A DNA stretch of 64,000 nt from Octopus vulgaris (lineage: Eukaryota): NCBI GenBank assembly GCA_951406725.2, contig OX597828.1, positions 8,742,001 through 8,806,000 of the forward strand, written 5' to 3'. The notes under the pieces were generated by a model. That model was not told the DNA's origin and did not search any database. It saw only the letters and a program-made list of their open reading frames with translations. Positions 56,359-64,000 of the stretch are shown here, piece by piece. Numbering within the stretch: the first letter of the stretch is position 1; each line of letters opens with the position of its first letter. The position numbers were made by a program, and so were the translations under genes.

Positions 56359-57196
56359 TGTTTCAACATACGATTGCACATCAAGCATCCTGAAAAAGAA
56401 ATACGTAAGCGTATTAAATTTTTCTTATTTACACTTTGACTCGTCGCAGTGAGTATTCACTGCATGATGTGTGTATATGCATGTGTGTATATGTGTGAGT
56501 ATGTGTTTTTGTATACGTGTATGTGTGTATGTCCATTCAACACACAACACGATTCCAAACCAATGATAAAGTAACCTTCATACGAAAAATAATGACTTTT
56601 TAAAATAAACTCTTGTTGAGCAACATACTCTAATTCACAAATCAAACAATTTTCAAGAATCTCTGATCACGGAAAACCAAAACATAGAAGTCGCTGATTT
56701 AAAAGCACATAATTGAAATGGAAAAAACAACATCCTAAAAAGAGTCATTCTTGATATTCTAGATCACACACGCACACACACACACACATACACACACACA
56801 TACAGACACACACGCATGCACCCATGCACTCACACACCCACATTCACACATACACACATACACAACTGAGACCATGCCTGAAGATTCACACAAGGGAATT
56901 ATATAAATGTGTGTACGCATTTATAATGAATTTATTGCATAAAATATATATTTCCCATACTGAAATGAAACAAAACATTGTTCGGGAGGGATTTGGTAAT
57001 TTTATTCACAAGTTACACAATTTAGCTATTTTTACAACTTAATAAACATAAGTCTTTGTACACATACATACTATATAACATACACATTACATCTATCTAT
57101 CTATCTTTCTTTCTAATTTTATATATATATGAGTGTGTGTACGTGTGAAAAAAGTCAGGGTAGAAAATGATAAAATACTTTTATAAAAAACCTTTT

Positions 57197-57233
57197 CAGT
57201 ACCGGTTTCAGTCATTGGGACTTTTTCAACTAT
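57197..57233 (-). ncRNA. Minimal hammerhead motif, U3-A8 variant (left copy)
   Basis: uUAG-like arm UAG-UUGAAAA-AGUC ccaau GACU-GAA-ACCGGU-A-CUG. It has a 4-bp stem II, a palindromic stem III, a GUA triplet and a short 3-bp stem I. Confidence 0.6.
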
Positions 57234-58016
57234 ATGTATGGAAAAAAAAAAATTAAATTTTCGAAAAATTAAAAGAAAAGTTTTTCAAAAGAATATTTGC
57301 ATAGTTTTCAAAGACAAGTAGCATTTTCCTTGTTTCTGCCTGTCTCTGTCTCTCTTGTTTACTCTTGTGGGTTCGAGGTCGTCTTGAATTCTTGGCAAGG
57401 AAGTAGAAGGAAAAGGATAAAGAAGAAGAAGAAGAAGAAGAAGAAGAAGAAGAAGAAGAAGAAGAAGAAGAAGAAGAAGAAAGAGGAGTGGGAGAAGAAG
57501 AATGTGGGAGTGCTATGATAGTAGTAAGATGTTAAATGGTCAAGTGACCATTTAACATCATACTACTATCATACTAGCTGCATTCCCTTCTCATTCTCCC
57601 TTGTCTTTCTCCGTCTTCAACTTCTCCGCCACCTCCTTCCTTACTTTACTACTATTGCTGTTTAGAATAACACCTACGCAAATATTAAAAACAATACATT
57701 CAAGGGATGTCTCAAGAATTCAATCACTACTACCATCCACAACAAGTCACTTTCAGCGCACTTTCATGGCACTCCCGCATTCCCCTTCTTCGCCTCCTCC
57801 TCCTCCTCCTCCTCCTCCACCTTATTCTTCTTCCTCTACTTCTCCTTCTTCTTCTTCCCTGCCATGAATTCACAACGACCTCGAACCCACAAGAGTAAAT
57901 AACTGAGACAGAAACAGGCAGAAACAAGGAAAATACCCCTTGTATTTGAATACTATGCAAATATTCTTTTAAAAATCTTTTCTTTTAATTTTCCCGAAAT
58001 TTAATTGTTTTCCATG

Positions 58017-58059
58017 TTTACAGTTGAAAAAGTCTCAATGACTGAAACTAGTACTGAAA
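58017..58059 (+). ncRNA. Minimal hammerhead motif, U3-A8 variant (right copy)
   Basis: UUUaCAG-UUGAAAA-AGUC ucaau GACU-GAA-ACUAGU-A-CUGAAA. Stem I is 3+3 bp with a bulge, and stem III is the palindrome ACUAGU. Confidence 0.68.
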
Positions 58060-58141
58060 TGTTTTTTATAAAATTATTTTAACAATTGTTACCTTGACTT
58101 TTTTCCATATATATCAACTCGTGTGTTCCTTTTCAACCTTC

Positions 58142-58269
<128 letters not shown>

Positions 58270-59519
58270 CATATGCATATATACGTGTAAGTATATATCT
58301 CTACATATATGTTGGGTTTGTAACTGTATATATGCATGTATATAGAGAGAGGGGGAAAGATAGATAGATAGATACGCTGCCTTCTCGTTTCTTTAATTTA
58401 CTTGGATGTGTAAACATGGCACAGGCTTCATGCTGATCTGTTACGCACTCTGAGTGATGGATTGCGATTGTGCTTCCTGGGTACATGTGTGCCTAAAGTC
58501 TTTTTTCTTCACATTCTATCCACTCCCTCCTAGCCCACGTGTACAGAATCATACACACACATATGTCCATATTCACTTCTAAACACATTCATATCTCTAT
58601 GTGTGTGCGTTTATATATTTATGTATGTATGTATCTATATATACATGCATATACACGCACTTACATGAGTATAGTCACATACACACATTATCCTAGTTCA
58701 ATATTTGCAATTCATCATCAAAGCAGAACGGTGCATTGTTTTATAGAACATATACTTTGAGTTATTGGATGCAGTTAATACTTCAGTTAAAACAAGGACT
58801 TTTACCAAAACTTCGGCGTTGCGTTATGTAATGGCAAATAATGATTCCTTTTAAGTCTAAATAATGAAAGTAAAATCATCTTGTACTCCCGATTGTTAGG
58901 TAAAGTTTCGGTAAGGAAATTTACGTATAAACATCTACTTTTGACACTGAAGCTATTTGTTTCATAGAAGTAACATGAGATAAGAGAGAGATTACATAAG
59001 ATTTAAGCCTGTAGTGATAAATCTTGCCTTGTTTTCTTTTTTGATTTTCTTTTTGTTTTTCTCTAGTTCTTCATTTTTCCTCTGTATTTTCACCTGAGAT
59101 TGTGAAGTGTCATAGATCTAATATGTTACATAACTGAAGATAGAACATTAAGAAACATTATAGATCACACCAAGAACTATATTATTCTTTCTGCAAAATG
59201 GATCAAGATGTTACTATCGTAAAATGAATTATCTAGGTTTGCATAGTTTCTCCGCAACGCGCTTATCGAAATATTCTTATTAAACTATATATGTTGTTGA
59301 GTGATTTACAATTTCGCTTCGAAGTCTTGAGATCTTAGTTTCAATCCCTTAACCTAAAAGCATTGACGTACCTCTTTCGTTGATCGCATCAATTCAATGT
59401 TTCTAATTGAAACTACGTTGATGCAACACAGTAGAAATATGTGTTCCTAAATGTACTTGAAATTCAGAGCCCCAGAAAAACTACACTGCATTATGCTGTG
59501 AAAACAACTGTTTTACATA

Positions 59520-59950
59520 AGGCGATGAGATGGCAGAGTCATTAGCACACCGGCCGAATTTCTTAGCGACTTTGCAGTTGCCTTAATGTTCTGGGTTCAA
59601 ATTCCGCCGAGGTCGATTCTGAATTTCATCCATTCCGAGTCGATAAAATAAGTACCAGTTCAACGCTTGAGGCGATGTCATCGAGAATCTGCCACCCCGA
59701 ATATGCTGGCATTATGTGAAAATATTTAAATCAGTATTATATTTTTTTCACTAGGTGGTGAGCATGCAGAATCGTTAGTACTCGGAGCAAAATGCTTGGT
59801 ATCTGCTCCCTCTTTAAATCCTGAGTTCAAATTCCGCCGAGGTCGACTCTGAATTTGATCCTTGAGGTCTCGATAAAAAAAATACCAATAGAGTATGAAT
59901 GTAATCGACTCAGATCTTCACCTGAAATTGCAGGATTGTATCAAAATTTT
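59520..59950 (+). mobile_element. Two tandem family-B SINE copies (about 59520-59730 and 59753-59950)
   Basis: Each has a gg.g.tgag.tg.cagaatcgttag head, gttcaaattccgccgaggtcga.tctgaattt.atcc and cgataaaa..tacca. Confidence 0.85.
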
Positions 59951-60869
59951 AATTCACTATTAACGGTTTCAAACACGGTCTTGATCTGATCATCTCAAAC
60001 CCTCGACCGAGTACCAGTCTCATTCCACACGCGCGCGTGCGCGCAGAGAATATATATATATACATATACATATGTGTCTATATTTCAGCATCTGAAAATA
60101 TATAGGGTGATTGCACTTGGAGAACATTAAATCTTCCACGTCAGGTTTGTCTTGAGTCAAGAAAAGACATGAAAAGAGCTTCGTAGATAGATTTCAATGG
60201 TCTGCTGATGCAGGACATTGGTTCGACAACGCCATGATAGAGGCAAATATTACTATGACTTCTATTGTAAGGTATCAAGGACGTTAATATGTGTCTGTAT
60301 TTATGTGTGTATATATATGAAGAGAGAGGAGTGAGCGGATCAGAGAGTGAGTGAGAGAGATAAAGAGGGAAAGATGCAAGTAGGTTAAAAAAGGGATGCA
60401 TAATATAGCTATGCATTCATTAAATATTAGTAATTAATACCCTCATAAATTAGTGAACTATAAAGCATCTAGCTTGCATAATCGATAGCACGCTGGGCAA
60501 ATGGTTTCCCTGCATTTCATCGGTCTAGGTGTCTTTGAAATAAGTGCCAACTGAGCAGTGGGAGCGATGTAATCGACTATACCTCTTTTCGAAATCTTTA
60601 GGCCTTCTGCCTAAGATAGAATAATATTTCAATAATACCTATTTTATTAGAATCGTATATATGGAAGTAATATGTATCCTGGCTGGATATGTTTGCCATG
60701 GATGAGTATAAAACAAAACTCCCCGAAGCATTTTGTATTCATTCTATTATTCTTTCCAATTAATTACCACACTGTAACTAATATTGATTTTATATTTTTG
60801 CACTAGAACAACAATGTCAGCTGAGGGAGGAAATCCATTACATCGGAGACCGTGCTCAACTGGTCCTTT

Positions 60870-61180
60870 CTTTCTCGATCATGAAACGATGAGTGGTAAA
60901 GTCGACCTCGGCAATACTTCAACTGAGAACGTAAAGACGGATGAAATGTCGATAGACATTTAGTCAGGCGCGAAATTTTGGTACAAAGCCAACAAGTTCG
61001 TGGTGGAGTATATTTTGATTGCATAGGCCCCAATGACCAAATGGCACTTATTTTATCAACCTGAAATGATAAAAGACAAAGTCTACCTCGGTGGCATTTT
61101 ATCTTAGAAAGTTACGGCGGACGAAATGCTATTCTACATTTTTCCCGACGAGGTAACGATTCTACCCTCTCATCGCCTCC
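60870..61180 (-). mobile_element. Two degenerate family-B SINE pieces; another degraded + strand piece lies at about 60470-60625
   Basis: aaagtcgacctcggc and aaagtctacctcggtggcattt..aacgattctacc..catcgcc are reverse complements of the family-B core and head. Confidence 0.7.
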
Positions 61181-64000
61181 GTATTGTTACTAATATTGAC
61201 ACAATTGCATGTTCTTCAGCTATTTGCGCAGATATAATACATACAATTCTCCTAATATAATTAGTATTAACGCTAATAATATGGAAAGTCTCTTGTACTA
61301 TAACCACTAATTTTTCTCATAACAACTCTACTATTGGTGTTACTATTAGTATCAATGTTTCTGCGCTTACTATTACATCAGTAAATCATAGGGAAAACTG
61401 AAATCATTATAAAATGCAATGAATTAAAGATAATGAACACACAACATCTATCGTATATTATCAGATTAAGTCTCTTTTACATATTCAGTGTGTATGTAAA
61501 TTTTAATATAGAGATCTTATTAAAACACAGACGTCAGTTTTACTTCAGAGGTCTTGTTAAGCAAGAACGTAACAAATACATTTATTATGCGAGAAAGCAA
61601 ATTAACGCAGACATTGATGATGCACAGTTAACTTTATATTTATTGTAGTGTATTAGAAAGAGCTCTCAATTCGCTGAGACTGTAATGCTTCTGATTACGT
61701 AAATAATTTAGTTTCAGACAGTATCTTTCTGTGTTCAAACCATAGTACAGACACATTCAACTTCCATGACACGAGAATCCTAAATTATATGACAAAATAT
61801 TAACAATCATGTACAATAAAGACTTCACGAGTACGAACTGGTTACTTGTGGGTGTTATCGTTGTTGTTTCGTTTGTTTTCATAATATATTCGTTAATCTT
61901 GTTCAAGCTCTTGTTTTTGATTTATTTAGTTGCTATTGCTGTTCTTACTGTTTCCCTTATTGTTTATTCCCACAGTAAAAATTTATTCAGCAGAGTTTCT
62001 CTTCATACACATGCAGGTATCTCTGTGTGTGGCAACATATGCTCCACGACTCAAAGTTGTGGTCACATTTTCTTAGAATCGAAGTAGGATTAGTATTCTA
62101 AACATTCTAAAGGACCCACCCAATAAATATTATACCATACCTTTAATGCCCTAGCTCAGTTTTCTCAGTCCTTTGCCAAATCTCAGGTGACATCTACAGA
62201 GATTGCTGGATGAAGAATTTTGGTGGCTTTGATTAAGATATATATTTCTGCAGATCATCTCTAGAAATCAGAGTTAACTGCAAACCAAATATGAACTCAA
62301 GCAACTATGCCAAGCACTCGCTACACGAAATATCATTAACAACGTAATAGCTTTGTAAAATAAATTCTAGTTAGCTTTAAGAACAGTCTGAATGTTATCT
62401 TCAGAAAGTCATTCAGGTTAAATTTTCACTGTGAAGTGCTACTGTCTCGATGTGATTTCAGCCTGAAATTTGTTCTAAAAACATTTCATATTCGTATCGT
62501 GCGCAGGACAGAATTGGTTGTCAATAGGGATAATATAAAACGACGTCGTATAAAATTGCTTTATTAAGAAAAGGCATGTCATTCTTCTCAAACTATGGGC
62601 TACAGCAAATCAAGTACAGTTGTAGACACAATTGCAAGGCCTGATAGTAAAAGGATATCCTTTTCGGTCAATGTTCTGTCCTAAACATTTACAACTTCAC
62701 TTGAAGTTGCTGCTGTGAATTTGAAGAAGGACGATGTGCGTTACGGTTTCATAACTGGAATGTTCTAATCTGAAAATTCGTATGTAATCTCCAAGGAGAG
62801 AGAGTATCAAACTTTTACTGTCCTGTCTTTGAAAAATATTCAACCAGAGCAGAAAATATTTTGTACAATCACTCAGCTTGTTTAATCGCAAAACGAGCTT
62901 TAAGTGAATGAAAAGCCAAATAGTTGTACGTCTATTTTTCTAAACATTATTTACTTTTAATCTCTGTAATATTTTCCTGTCACACTCAAGAGGATACACA
63001 TAACATTGTTTTCAAAATTTTAAATACAATCTTCATTGTTTTAATGCTGTAATTAAAAATTATTGCTTTCACTCTATATTCATTACTGCGTCATTGCATG
63101 TTTGCAATTAAACATTTCGAGGCGAACACATGCTTGTTATAACAGGGATTTATAGCTGGTGTTTAGATCTGTAGAGATATGGAAAGTAGGTCTTTACAGA
63201 AATAAATCACGTCGAAACAACAAACATATTTCTTACCGATAATTAATTTATTGTAGTTATTTTCGAGCATGCACGAATGCTTCAAATCCAAATATTTTTG
63301 TAGGAAATATTGCACACGAACTCATGAAATCAGAAAGATTCACAAACGTTTGGAAAGACTCACAGATTTCATTCTTTGTCTGTCTTCGTTTATGTGTATC
63401 ATTGTGTTTGGTAGAGTTCGGAATATATGTTTGCTCTGATGTAATTGCGACGGGAACTAAATTTCAACAAATTGTTACGTTGGTCTTGCGTTCCAAAATT
63501 CTCTTTTCGTTTGACCTTGTATTAACAACAAAATACAGTACATGCAACAAAATTTGATAGAAATAAACAAAGAAAATCTATAGTAACTAAGCAAAGAACT
63601 ATGTGAAATTTAACAGCAATAACTCTCGGACATAATCATTGAATAACTTTCGAATTCGGCATTTTAACAGGCCGATCACTAGATCTAGCATAACCTATTT
63701 CGAGCTAACACAAAGTGCTATGAAACACGTTGTTAGCCGACATTATCAGGTTTCAATTGTTAATACAATAATGAGTTCAGGAACGCTAATGATGAAAATT
63801 GAAATTAAAATCCAAGTAAATATAAATAATCTAAATTACGATGCTCGAAATTATTCCTGCCTATAATTATTTCAACAAGAAGTTGTTTCCAAAAGTCTTG
63901 CATATTTTTATTGTTCCACTTACAGATTGTATTCGGAATGTGCGAGTTAGTTAAGTAATTTTTTTCTGAATATCGGGGATTATCCAAACAGCCATTTAGG

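Larger units (their letters stand above)
57170..58080. mobile_element. Head-to-head inverted pair of a non-coding element of about 330 bp (57170-57521 minus, 57760-58080 plus), each with a purine-rich trinucleotide tract and a distal hammerhead
   Basis: Pairs include TTTACTCTTGTGGGTTCGAGGTCGT with ACGACCTCGAACCCACAAGAGTAAA, and TTTTCCTTGTTTCTGCCTGT with ACAGGCAGAAACAAGGAAAA. Confidence 0.85.

Overview
AT-rich eukaryotic non-coding DNA, very rich in microsatellites. The SINE families and the (TA)n/(TAA)n/(CAT)n density point to a coleoid cephalopod (Octopus-like) genome, which is an inference. I find no host protein-coding gene, and nearly all track ORFs are translated microsatellites or decayed transposons. 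The mobile-element relics are two R4/Dong-type RLE LINE 3' ends, three Penelope-like (PLE; RT and/or GIY-YIG) relics, Tc1, mariner, DD37D/maT and pogo relics, an L1/Tx1 and a CR1/L2-like relic, MITEs/foldbacks, and about 20 tRNA-derived SINE copies. The most striking signal is a set of minimal type I hammerhead ribozyme motifs read by hand: one canonical (17657-17709), three with a compensatory U3-A8 core (47624-47663, 57197-57233, 58017-58059), one A6U variant (21876-21913) and several broken copies. They sit in PLE ends, in short non-coding inserts, in a head-to-head inverted pair, and in the tail of a tRNA-headed SINE-like element. Together they suggest a family of ribozyme-bearing non-autonomous elements mobilised by Penelope. 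Boundaries were read by eye and no searches or folding programs were run.
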